This document shows, one piece after another, positions 14,305 through 27,050 of a stretch of 64,000 bases of DNA (position 1 is the first letter of the stretch; each line of letters begins with the position of its first letter). The stretch spans positions 4,030,001 to 4,094,000 of the forward strand of contig CM074522.1 in the NCBI GenBank assembly GCA_037379345.1, written 5' to 3'. This stretch comes from Perna viridis (lineage: Eukaryota). Under the pieces are notes generated by a model. It searched no databases. It was given only the letters and a program-made list of their open reading frames with translations, and had not been told where the DNA came from. The translations under genes and the position numbers were made by a program.

Positions 14305-14420
14305 AGTTTGCAGGTATATCAATTTATTACAGATGTTTACTTCAACTAAGATATGGGCGTGGTTTTCCCACAATAAGAAATGAGATTGTCGCGTGCCATA
14401 TTTGAATTAGACGCACCTGT
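14305..14420 (+). promoter_or_regulatory. Duplicated HES/CSL/KLF/E-box module (copy B)
   Basis: CAGGTA 14311, CAGATG 14330-14335, GGGCGTGG 14355-14362, TTCCCACA 14365-14372, GTCGCGTGCC 14388-14397, extra GCACCTGT 14413-14420. Same order and spacing as copy A, inverted. Confidence 0.7.
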
Positions 14421-15193
14421 ACCGAGGTCCTCAGACATTCCGTTAAACTCGTGACTCACACTTCTCAAAATGACATCAGATTTGGGCATAATAGTCTGCA
14501 TTTTACCATTATAACAAACAGAAACAAAGCGCAATTGTAAAAAAGGAGATACAAACAGTTTAATGAAAGATCATAGTTGAAAAGAAAACTATTTCTGAAA
14601 CAGCCACATATTGTTTGCTGAAAACTGATACTTCAATGTTGGTATAATATAAAATAATCTCAGTCATTTTTGTCCACAATAGGTTGGAGTGTTATAAAAT
14701 CTGATAAAGATAGTAGAGATTTGAAAAGTAAAAGAATTACCCGGAAGTCTTAGTAAAGCAATGATACAAAAATCATAAGTAATTGCAGGCTTCCTTGTGT
14801 TTATTAAAAAAACTTCGATAACGTTGTACATGCATTCATATAATTCCTACGAAAACTCTCTCTTTATCTTGCAAAATTGAACATCTCTTTCATGATAAAA
14901 TGTGAAAAAAACAATGCACATATTATTTACGTGATATCTAATATTTAGTACACTCTTAACCAGAAATTAAATATAGTTTCTGTAAAACTCACTGAAAGTG
15001 AGGTATCCCAGACAGACACTTTGCTATTTAATCCAAAAATCAAGATAATACTAGAGGAACAATGTAAATACCAACAAGTACTATCTTTCAAAAAAAAAAG
15101 ATAGCCGACGCAGTAAAATTTTGTTCCTTTTTATGTTTCTATACTTCTTTCATGAAAATAACACATGGCACACAATTTCAAATTTTCGATTGT

Positions 15194-15275
15194 TTTTTTT
15201 TCGAACGCAATTTCAGAATTTCGATACATTTTTTTCGAACGCAATTTCAGAATTTCGATACAGTTTTTTTCGAAC
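15194..15275. repeat. ~33-bp tandem repeat, about 2.5 copies
   Basis: TTTTTTTCGAACGCAATTTCAGAATTTCGATACA. Confidence 0.8.
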
Positions 15276-16884
15276 ACCACTAAGTTAGCAGTATTTGGCC
15301 AATAGGGAAACATAATTGCGATCACGTAAATTGCGTTTCCGTAGAAGAGCGTCCTTAAGGTCAAATGGTAAAAAGCGAAAGTATACCGACTGCGTCCGAA
15401 AAAAGTAAATATATACACATTTGTATTACGTCGTCTGGTGAATATAAATTATCAAAATTAAGAATAAAAAGAACAAAATGAAAAACGTAGGAGTCGGGAG
15501 TAGAGAATATGAACGGAAAATTATGATTCGTAAAAAAAAATCGATATCGTGAATAGTGTACGGTTAATTGTGAGTAATAAATAATTGCGTTATGAAAATG
15601 AATGATGGCGTATTGGAATTTGGAATAGTAAAACAAGAAAATGTCTAGCAGTATTTTATTTCAACTAGGGACCTTATAGCTTTTTTTTCAAGCAATCTAT
15701 TCAGTCTTATTGGTGGTATTCCTTGTATTGTGCATGGTAGAACCTCTCAGAGATGAATTTGGCGTCATATTTCGATAGTATGTGTTCAGTGACATGTATT
15801 AGTGTATTTGTTTCCTCTGATACCACTGTCGATATTTATTGTACTTCCATAAAAGGTTCAAAACAATCTGACACACATCCAATTGATAAACATAAGATTC
15901 TTGTACCGAATGATTTTTCTTTGAAAAGGCAAAACGTTTTAAGTGTACAATGCAATACATCTATATGTACATATGTATCATAAGGTATGACTAATTGATT
16001 GATTGTCTTTATTCACTCCAGCTGCTGAAGATTTACAAAGCATATATTTAACTATTCACCAAATTTAAAATATATACAATGAGGTTATAGGCGCAACTAC
16101 TTAATCTCTTTATATTATTAGTTTAGTTTAAAACATCGAAAACATATTAAGAGAGCAAAATACATATTTACTTAGCACAATTTGTGTTATTAACACAAGT
16201 ACTATGCTGTATATTGTTCACGTATTTCTTGGGCAAATAGTTGAAGCCCATGCCCTTTTAAATCTATGGATCCGCCACAAACTTTAAACAAACATGAAGG
16301 ATCATTGATAGCGACACTTAAAAAACAATAAAAATAGCAAATGTAATGTTCTTGCACTAAGTAAGCAAATGTAGTACTTATGGCCCATCACGAGACAAGT
16401 GAAGCATGGAAGGACAAGCTCGATGTCGTGGGAAAATATCTTCACAGTCATTTTTCATAATATCTGTCACATTAATATCGTCTTGATATAGATATATAAT
16501 AGCAAGTAGTGTTTTGTAATGAAGTTCGTCGTCCATTGTGATGTACAACTATTTATGAGAGTCATGCACATTGTAATTGAATATATTTATTGATTCAATT
16601 TCTTCCGTGTTTTTTGTCGTGTCTTTTATATAGAACCCGTTTAATCTCAATTTGTACTTTGTTGTTTTGCACTGTGTCTCTTTCCGTTGGATAATGCACT
16701 TTGTTCATACTTTCAGAGTCTAATTCTTTTTCTTTCTGTTCTCTCAATAAACAATTCTAATGTATTTTGATTTAAACCACGTATTTTCAAGTCTCTATAC
16801 ATTGTTTTTTGACTGTGATATCATAGTCTGTTTCGTTTCCTTTTTTTCCTGTTTGTTGTAGCTTGCTTCTTCACTTTCCTTTCA

Positions 16885-18048
16885 CTCGTGGATCGTTATG
16901 GTGTATCCACCTGCACCATGAAAACTGATTTATTCAACAGATCATGGTTTTCCTTTCCTCGTTTGTCTACCCCGGACTTGACTTTTTATGAACAACTCGG
17001 CGGGTGTTTCTAGAAAAGCAGAGGACGCTTACCCTACCGGTGCACCTGGTCCATGCTCCCAGTTTCTAGTGGAGTCCGGGTTACTCATTTGCTTTTGTTA
17101 CTTTGTATGTATGCTTTTAGTTACTTTATGTTCTTTGTTGTGTATGTCTGTTTTCCATGTCTGGTCTTTGTCCCTGGATTACATTCTTTTGATTACCGCT
17201 ATAACCTTGGTTCCCTTGATTACTCTTGTAAATTGTTCTTTGTGTGAGCTGATTTACCGATTATGACGCAATAACATGCAAATGCTATTTAATCAGCACT
17301 GGTATGTCCACGAAGCAATAGAAGAGGGAGTTTTAAACGCGCTGTAAAACCTAGATCCTTTAATATCAGTTTCCGCTATATACTTGACGTACTATCGTTA
17401 ATCAATCTTAGTTATGGGAATTTTACACGCAGCATCTACACGAAAGAACTTGAGATCAAGGATACTACAGACACTGTGAAGTGAGCCTCAAATCTTGACC
17501 TATACTTTGAGATGGATGGTAAAGGAAAACTATTGACCAAACTATACGACTATTTCTTTCATCTGTGGCAACATCCCTTCAGTACCAGCGTATGGAGTTT
17601 TCATGTCGCAACTCATACATTATGTCAGAGCTTGCCATAACTACGCAGATTTTTGTATCGCGCTACACTACTGACAATTAGGTTTCTGGATCAGGATTAT
17701 ATTGCTATATAAGATTAAAGTCACCACTACAGAAGTTTTATGGTCATCATGAACTCGTGGATTCAATTGCATCATGAAAACTGATTTGTTCTGAACTACC
17801 CCGGACTTGAATTTTTATGAGCAACTCGGCGGGTGTTTCTTGGATAACAGAGGACGCTTACCCAACCGGTGCACCTGGTCCATTCTCCCAGTTTTAGTGG
17901 AGTCCGAGTTGCTCATTTACCTTTTTACTTTGTATGTATTATTTTGGTAATTTTATATTCTTGTTTTATATGTCTGTTTTCCATGTCTAGTCTTTCTTCC
18001 CATATTACATTCTTTTGTTTTCCGCTAGAATCTTGGTTCCCTTGATTA
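16885..18048 (+). mobile_element. Two adjacent Naiad-type copies (16885-17228 and about 17350-18048)
   Basis: The first is the RT end plus 3' region. The second is degenerate RT from the YIDD-equivalent region plus 3' region. Confidence 0.8.
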
Positions 18049-19849
18049 CGCCGTAACCATCCATTGCGTTTGAAATGCCTGTATCAAGTCAGGACCATTG
18101 CGGCACAGGCTGCTCCGGTGGTGTAATATCTATTTCGGCTGATTCGTTTGGACTTGACTCGATTATCGACCGGATTAGTGTCCGGCAATTTGTTGTTACT
18201 TTTACTGTATGATGTTTTGGTGTCTATATTTTTATGATATCTTAAATGATAAACACACAACTGAATGACCCTTCCATTTATATATTTACTATGCAATATT
18301 TGTTTTAACCAATCATGACAATTGGTAGGAATTATAACATAAGTACAGATAGTGATGGAAAGCTGTAAAATTTCTTTGTTGGCTATTTTTGCTTCCACGT
18401 GGTTCTAAGTGGTACGAAGAAGACATGTGTACCTTTTAACCCTCGGAAAGGAAACCACAAAACTCAGAATTGTGAGAAAATTAAATATTACACAATCTCC
18501 ACTATGTGAATATTTTGCACAAAAAATAGACATGTAATGCACTGGCCATTTCTATTCTGGGGGGGGGGAGTTTTCCCGCAAGCGCAAAAGCTTTATTTAA
18601 ATTTCAGCACCGTCCGCTATCAATATATCTGCTTAAAAATCTGCTTTGTAGAGTAATGGAGAAGATGTGCATTATTTGGATGAGCACACTTTGTTTTCCG
18701 GGATCAGCGTCAAATTAAAAAAAAGAAAAAAAAACAGTTACATTGTGTATGTTCTATATTTAGGTTCAAATTTTCAATGAAGTCCGGATTCAATTTGTCC
18801 TGCTACTTAATATTTGAAGTGCATTTTCGGCCTATTTATATTATTTGCTGTTTTGAAATATCTACCAGGACATCAGTGTTCTTTTAATTATTTCTTCATC
18901 TTTTGTGGTTTGATCTAGAGTCAACTTGTTTATTTATTGTCGCATGCTAAAAATCTGTTTCTTTTTTCATATCATTGAAGAAAGAGTCAGATCAGTTACA
19001 GAATCATAGTGTTTATCGCTATTTTGTTTAAAATCCCTTTGATCTTGCTATACGATAATTTTCAATCTCACGCCAGTCGAGTGAGAATAAAAATTATCGC
19101 TAGTTTCTATGTCCTCGCGTGAAATACAAGGAACATCGTAGGAATATTTGACGACCCAAATAACCATCTGTTTGTTTACTGCATATGAAATAATGGCCAA
19201 TTTGTGGCGATATTTTCTAGTCTACAATTGAAAATGATTAAATACAGTAACTTAGAATTAGAATGATTAGAATGAATAAATCACAAAAGTATTCCACAAA
19301 TTTTAAACGCGACTGTCATAGTTAACCGGTTGTTTTTTTTTTTTTAAATATGTATCATAGCTGCACAAGATATGTGACGTCACGTAGCGCGTCGCTGAAA
19401 AATAGTCTCGAAAGGAAATTTTGCATCTCTTATAAAATTTACATATTTAGGTCAAGAAAACTGAAAATGAAAGAAAACTAATAACTTACAATTCATCAAA
19501 ACAGCGATAAACAGATTATTAAATATTTGTTTCAAGTCGCGCGAGTTTCTCATGATCATCTCGTCTCGTGGCAAAGCCGCTTGACGAGATAAGCATGCGA
19601 AACTCCCTCTCGTTGAAACAATATTGAATAATCTAATAAGTATGAGAAAGGCTTACTACAATATGAGAGTTAAAATCTAAAGCTCCACAGCAATACTATT
19701 TTAAAACATCAGCAACAACAAACAATACAGAAATAATAAGATTTGGCATGTGATATATAAATCGTCATAGATAACATTACTTCACTGCTTACAAATGAAT
19801 ATAGCATTGATTTTTGAATCAAATATGAATCACTCGGATAAAATATATA

Positions 19850-19985
19850 TGTGGGAGACAGACGCCCTACAGACCGTTCGTGTGATGACACATAAGTGCA
19901 AATGAAACAAGAATGACACGAGACACACTGTATCTAGACTGTGGGAAAACCACGCTTCTTTTGAAGTGGACTAAACACCTGTAAA
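19850..19985 (-). promoter_or_regulatory. Duplicated HES/CSL/E-box module (copy C)
   Basis: GACACGAGAC 19915-19924 (N-box CACGAG), TGTGGGAA 19940-19947, CCACGC, CACCTG 19976-19981. Spacings of 15 and 36 bp are identical to copy A. A partial TGTGGGAG..GACGCCC echo lies at about 19850-19867. Confidence 0.65.
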
Positions 19986-22900
19986 GGTGAGGTCTATCTT
20001 CTATAAATAGACATTGACATAGACACCTAATCATGACCATATCTAATATGACTGATATCATAAGTATGTTTTTCCCCTAATTTCAGTGTAGTGATTTTAA
20101 AAGATAAAAATGGCTGAATCTTTTGCTGAACAGAATGTTTTCATCATCTTAAACAACAACCACTTTTTAAAACGTGAATCTATACATGTAAAATAAATAT
20201 TTGGAAATCCCGATTTTTGTTAGATGTCTTTCATTCTAATCATTATCTATTTTGTACATATATGATTCGATAGGAAAGAAATCTTGATCTTTGAAGATAC
20301 CAAATATATTAATGACTGATGGAAGTGTTTTGAATTTTGGAAAATGAAATATTAAGGGTAAATATATAAAAAAAATATATATAAAAGATCGTACTATTGC
20401 CGTATAAAGTACTTGAAATATGATCAAAGTAAATATTTAAATTAGAGGCGTTAAAAAAAATGGTGCAAGAATTGGTAAATTCTAGAGAGAAAAAATCTTA
20501 CGTGTCACTCATATACTAGTAAATTTATAATCTAAGTAAATTATACAACCGGACAAAATGTTCTGGTCACAATACTTAATGTAATCTATTTAAAATAATA
20601 GGTAATGAGTTTTGTTTGATTTGTGTAAAAACCATGTATTTATGTGTGAAAGCCGTCAATGTCAGTAAAATAAAAGTTGAAGAAATTTTTTTTATAGCAA
20701 CAAAAACCTGCATGTGGAACATCTAAATGCAGTACATAAACTGGTGTATCCGGACGCTGTAAAGAAAAGGTAACAAATAATTAAAAATCGAAAGTAACTA
20801 TGGTTTCTAACGGAGGCGTGATGAACAAAGAAAATATTTTTTTTTTCACTTGTATTCCGAACTCGGTCGGTAATACAAAGGAAGCAGGAGATACTTACCT
20901 CTTCGGTTCATGTCATCCTAGCTCGTATTTCTCTTGAACCCGGAGTTGTCTGTTCCGTATTATTGGTTTTAGTTGCCGAATATGTTTGATTCGTTTATTC
21001 GATTGACTTCGTCCTTTTTTCAACATTGCATATTCAATGGACCATAACTCCGATTTCCTAAATAGGGCTCAGCGACTTTCGCAATCTTACTAAATGATTT
21101 TGCCCATAGGTTAAGGTTGCCAAAAGGCGGCAAAGGGTTATGTTTTCAACTTTCTCTTTAATCTAATTGTTATGCTGCAGTGCGCACTCGAACAATCGAA
21201 TTACATGCCTTAGGGTATTTTTGTCTTCATTTTAGTCATGAACGTACCAGGCCAACCGGAAGTAAGTTTTGTCTAACCGAATAAGGGCGAACAACCTAAG
21301 GCTGTACACAGCAATAAATTGCCGTCAACACGAGTTCTCATGTAATTGCCCTTTTTAACAAATTAGTTTCGACTTTTATGTTTTAAACGTTATGATTTAG
21401 AAGTGGAGTCAACAATGGCTAATTCATCTAGTTTATAAACGATGTCTATTACACCCTCCACTCACGTAAAACATTTTTATACTGGTGTTTTGATACAATC
21501 CAGTAACCTTCTGAGTAATATGTACTTTTTACATTACTGATTCTTCATACATGTAAGTAAGTGTAATATCTAGCATATTTAGTTTGCTCTTTACAATCAC
21601 AAGTCATTTTTGAAAAATTAAAATATGCAGATACTGGGGTGAGAAGAGTGGTGGTTCCGTGGCGATGGTTGAACTCTCGGCTTCTAGACTAGCCGCATGA
21701 AATTCGTCACAAACACGCATACAAATTCACAAACAGTGCAAAGAAAAACAGTTTGTCTTTCAATAAGTCTATGGAATACATTTGCTATCTGCAGGATTTC
21801 AGTGTATGTTCATTGCTGACATTTATCTACCTGCTCCGTATTCCTGTCTGTAAAAATCTCCACTTCATTTCGATCACTTTATGTTTCTTGTAAATAAGAA
21901 TATATGTTGATGTTGTCAAAAATCGTTACTTGACTACTGGATGGTCATAACATGGTACAATCTACTGTCCAGTATGCCGCTCGAGGGCGGGTTTCTATAC
22001 GACACTAACTACTCTTTGAAGTTATACTTGCATTTCATAATTTATAGCAGTATATGCATTAAATATGCATTTCAAATTAAGTCCTCAATTCTCTATGCAT
22101 TTCAAGCTATATAATTTGATATTAAAATATAAAACTTAACGAAGATGCATATTGATAATATCTAATCTAATATAGTGAATAGTGGTTGTTGATTAATAGC
22201 CATAAACCGAGTTTCAATTGATGGTATCACTACCAAAGATTGCAAAGGTTCTTTAAACACATCTATTTAAAAACTCAACGTCATACTTACTAATGGTAGG
22301 TGCATTGTGGATCTAAGTCAATGTTTCTTTTCTTTCTTATTTTCAGTATTTAGGTACATGTACATGTCATTGCACTTTATTTTTCTGTTTCCTGTGTTCC
22401 TGTTTTGACCATGTCTTTTGATTCTCGTAGGTCTGACTTGTCTATCGGTTTTTGACGTTTCGATATTTTTTGCCGATATGTCTACTTAAAGTTGAGGTGT
22501 TTTGTAGGTAAAATCTACTCCAATCATTTCTGATATTCACCGGAACGACGTTTCATAAAAAGCTGAGTACATCTAAATATTTTGGTCCACTTGGTCCATG
22601 ATGCATCTTTACTTAAACTCCGATTTTGGTTTTATTCTTGTTTTAGTTTTCTGTCTTGTTTGCTTTGACTTACTGATGGATTTTCTTTGTAATCTATATT
22701 AATGTCGAGTTTGTATTTATGAAAAAATATATTTATATTTTTTTTAATTGATTTTCTACTAACTTGATAAACTAATTAACAATCACTGAGTGAAAGAATC
22801 ACAAACGAGGAACTGTTTTCGACGAAAATATTGCTAGGAATACTAACATGATAATACTAAAAAAAGAACATAAAAGTGCATCGAAAAAAAACCTAAAAAA

Positions 22901-23727
22901 TTCAAACAAACAAAAAACCAAACCAAAGTAAACAAAACAAATTGCACTTCATTTTAAGACAACTAAGAAGTACAAAAGGTATTGGGTTCTACTATAATAA
23001 TATTAAAAAAATATAAACAAGCACTTTTATCATAAAACAACAGTAATATATAATGGGGCACTGATCGAGTACGTTATTTCACTATCTGATTTAATCTAGC
23101 CACCACACACAAACATTGGAAATGAATTTTACAAACCCACTATACTTTCAACTCAAGAACCCAGTCATTTTTAGGCATGTCTACTCCTGTTTTTCGATAC
23201 TGCTGCCCGTGTACACGTAACTCCTAAAGTGATTCACAATGATACTACGCTTTCGCAACATATTTATGGCTGGTACGCCGTGTGCGTTTAGTGGTACTTT
23301 ATTGTATATATATCGGCTGAATAATCAAGTTCATGTAGAGGTATATAACACATTAATTCTCAGAACTTTTTACATTTATATAACAGTCTATATAAAAATC
23401 AGGTAGGAAGGGATCCATGGATGTCAACAACCCATGCACCAAAAACCGACGCGTCAGCAGTGGGATGATTTATATACGTCGAAGTCCAAAAGAGTGGCCT
23501 AAAGCAATAGCAATAAAAACTCCCACAAAAAACGGGGAGTGACATCGGGTGCATCGATAGGGTAAGCAAGTTCTGTTTCGCCAACGGCACCTACCATATC
23601 GTAAGTGAGTATAATCTGGTAATAATCTATCAACAATAAGGCAATATTTTGCGACTCATGTCAAACACTTTTGACACTAGGGTGTAATCATTCATCAACT
23701 AACCTTTCTTTATTTCGAAATTAAAAA

Positions 23728-23825
23728 CAGACAACAGTCAGAGAACAGTCAGATAACAGTCAGAGAACGGTCAGACAACAGTCAAAGAACGGTCAGACAA
23801 CAGTCGGAGAACAATCAGACAACAC
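23728..23825. repeat. 11-bp tandem repeat, about 9 copies
   Basis: CAGA(C/G)AACAGT units. Confidence 0.85.
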
Positions 23826-24189
23826 CAGTGTTAGTTTGACATTCTGTTGCTGTAAGATAAACATTTAATAGATATATATTGTATATGAAATTGGCACATT
23901 GCAAGATTGATTAATCATTCTTGGCTAATTTGATTTCGCTATCATTACCTACATCTTGCTTAAGTAAATCGAAAAATAGCATCTTGTGTTTGTTGTTTTT
24001 TTACACCACAAATTACCTCTACCACAGACAGCTTCTGAATTCTCTATGGCATGGTTTGTCTTATAATTTCGAAGTGCGTCTACGTGAAAAGAAGTAAATA
24101 AATGTGTTTCCTAAGAGTCGTCAATACACTTCCAAATTTTGATTTTATTCTTGCAAGTCAGCTTCACAAAGCAAAAGTAAAGTGATAAT

Positions 24190-24820
24190 GGATACTTCAG
24201 ACACTATGAAGTCAGCCTCATATCATGACCTGCACTTAGAGATCGATAGGTAAAGGAAAACTATTGACTAAACTATACGACAAACGCGATGCCTTTTCAT
24301 TATGTATAGTCAACTTTCCTTTTATCTGTGGCAACATCCCTTCAGTACCTGCGTATAAAGTTTTCATATCACAACTCATACGTTATACCATAGCTTGACG
24401 TAAATATGCAGACTTTTCGTATCGCCTTAGACTTCTTAAAACTAGGCTTCTGGAACAGGGTTATGTTGCTACAAGTCACCACTACAGAAGTTTAATGGTC
24501 GTCATCATGAACTCGTGTATTGTTTCGGTTTATCCACCTGCACATGAAAACTTGTAATAGTTTTTTTTCCCTCTTTCGTCTACTCTAGACTTGACTTTTT
24601 ATGAGCAACTCGGCGAATGTTTCTAGAATAGAATAGCAGAGGAGGTTTACCCTACCGGTGCACCAGGTCCATGCTCTCAGTTGTTTTTTTTTATTTTTTT
24701 TAAATTTTTTTTTTATTTTATAAAAAAATCTTTGTTGTGTTTGTCTGTTTCCATGTCTGGCCTTTGTTCCTGGATTACATTCGTTTGATTTCTTCTAGAA
24801 TATTGGTTCCCTTGATTACC
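24190..24820 (+). mobile_element. Naiad-type element, degenerate
   Basis: Homologous to 6715-7355. Confidence 0.8.
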
Positions 24821-26848
24821 TTGGTTACCGGAATTACGAAGATGTAATTAATAGCTAGATGAACCCTACCCTAAACTTTGTGAGGTTTTTAGTGGTCAAG
24901 GAAGCCGAGGAGGTCGGACGAAAAAAAAGATTACTCGATTATCTTAAATACACCCACAATATGATATTGATATTATTTTCTTGATTGCATGATAAATGAA
25001 ATGAAATGAAATAATTCTTACCTTCTAGGGCACGTGGGTGTCACTCCCGGTTTTTCGTGGAAGTTCATATGTTGCAGGTGTTTTTGTTTGGTGTGTGTGT
25101 CTGTTATCAAATATTTCTCAATATTACGTCTGCGCCAATCTGTTAGAGTACAATTACTCGAACTGACATAGAGTAGCGTAATCAAAGAATAATTTTGATT
25201 AAATTAACTTCTGTGTCATGTGCTATAGGTGGATTCCAGAGGGATTCGGGCACGATAGCCTGCCCCTTATTGTTGTATGTACGAAAAAAAAATCGACACT
25301 CGTATGGGTTGTATTTTTGCAATTATATAATAATAAATAACACCAACATACCGAATCAAGGATGTAACTGTTTTTTTTTTATCTAAGTTAAATATGGGAA
25401 TTTATAACCATCCACATAAATTCAAGTTTATTCAATGTATATGTCTTTAATGTGAGTTATGTTCAGAAATATAGTGTCGTTGAAATATTTTCTCTGAAAA
25501 GATTTAAAACATACGGTGAAAGGTGAAATTCAGTATCGTGGGAACGCTGTATTTTTACTGAAAATGTCATTTTACAGCTTGTAAACTCTTACATGACACT
25601 TATGAAGTATGTTTAAATTTTTTGCTCCAGAAATGGGCGTTTAAATGCATCTCATTTATTTATCTGTTTCGCTCATTGCAGTCATATCTCATCCTGGTTT
25701 AAGTTTCACATTTCAGTAAAAAAATATCTTAAATTTCGATGCACTACTTTGGACCATATGTTTCAAGCAATGAGCGCTTCGTTGTTTAAATGGTGGTTAT
25801 CATTTTACATCGGGTCTCGGAACACAATCTATTAGAATCATCAAAAAATGAGACAAGTACGGTCCAACATTTAAATAGAACTACGAGTAATAAACCGATT
25901 GAAACCATTCGCGGATTTGAAAAGAAATAAAAACTATGTCAGTATATGTAACATAGGCGAGACACGAAGAAACAAACATGCACATAAATTATATGAACAT
26001 TTGCACGAACTATTATATTCGAATATTTAGTGGTCAATAATCAGAAAAAGAAACGTTAACACATCAAAAGGTCATTTTTGTTTTCATTTGTTTTTATTGC
26101 TTTTAGCTTCCATATTTCCTCGATTTAACGTTTTACCAGAATGCAACTACATACTATACGTGCATAATAATTCATATATGGCACAATAACCGGGTTATTT
26201 CATAACATGGTGGAAACGGGAATATATGATTTACCTCCTTTTTATGTAAATATACTTACAGAAGAAGAAGATGGTTTGTATCCAATTAAGGTGTCTCGGG
26301 GCGCATATGATTTACAATGATCAATGAATACTTAATATAAAGACACAATATAAAATAAAATTTGAAATATTACACCATGGATGGGAATCAGTTTCTTCCA
26401 GATTCAGAGAAATAATGAATTATTCAAAGTCTAACACACTATTTCTTGTTAAATGCTAGTGAACATATACGATGAGGTTAACCCATGATTATCGCCTCAC
26501 TGAGAAGAATGAATTGATAAACATACCAATGGCCTTTAATATATCTAAGATCTCCTTGTCTCATAAGAGAAAGAACATTTTGAAGAGTTATTCAGATTAC
26601 AAATTTTTACACATTGTATAAAAACAACTATTTTTCTGTTCTACAGAAGGTAAAATCATTCGTCAATTAGTTGAGTTAACCCAAGGCAAGCTAACAACCT
26701 ATCCAAGTTGTCTTAAAATTGGTTCGTGACTAGTTTTTGGTTCGACTTGTCATGTTTTATAGTTTCAAAATATTGTCGGTATTATTAGACGGAGAGTAAA
26801 CCACCGAAACACGTGACTGAGATTTTTAATCATTTTGGTTACGGTTAT

Positions 26849-27050
26849 GTTCAGGTACGACAATTATTTACAGGTGTTCATTTCAACTAAAAGTAGGCGT
26901 GTTTTTCCCACACTCTACAAAACAGACTGTCGCGTGCCGGTTAATGATAAAATATACGAATGTTCCACAAAGGGAAACGTTCCGATGCATAGACCAATCA
27001 AATAACACTATGACAATCCATGGGACCACGACTTTCAAGTTTGATTGACA
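26849..27050 (+). promoter_or_regulatory. Near-complete duplicate of the HES promoter (copy D)
   Basis: About 90 bp core is roughly 85-90% identical (by eye) to the reverse complement of 631-719: CAGGTG 26871-26876, TTCCCACA 26905-26912, GTCGCGTGCC 26929-26938. CCAAT (26994) and TTGATTGACA (27041) are retained in otherwise diverged sequence. Confidence 0.75.

Noticed and set aside
14400-15100. HES coding exons downstream of module copies B, C and D
   Set aside because: No KPxMEKRRR, Orange or WRPW coding sequence could be found by eye.
17035-17080. Twister or hammerhead ribozyme in the 3' motif
   Set aside because: Only a superficial GGTCC/GTGGAG likeness. No UAA cleavage loop with matching pseudoknots, and no CUGANGA/GAAA core.
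16985-17090. SECIS element or selenoprotein Naiad
   Set aside because: The ATGA pairs Watson-Crick with TCAT rather than forming a GA quartet. RT cysteines checked (CYSRSG, GTNCAP) use TGT, not TGA.
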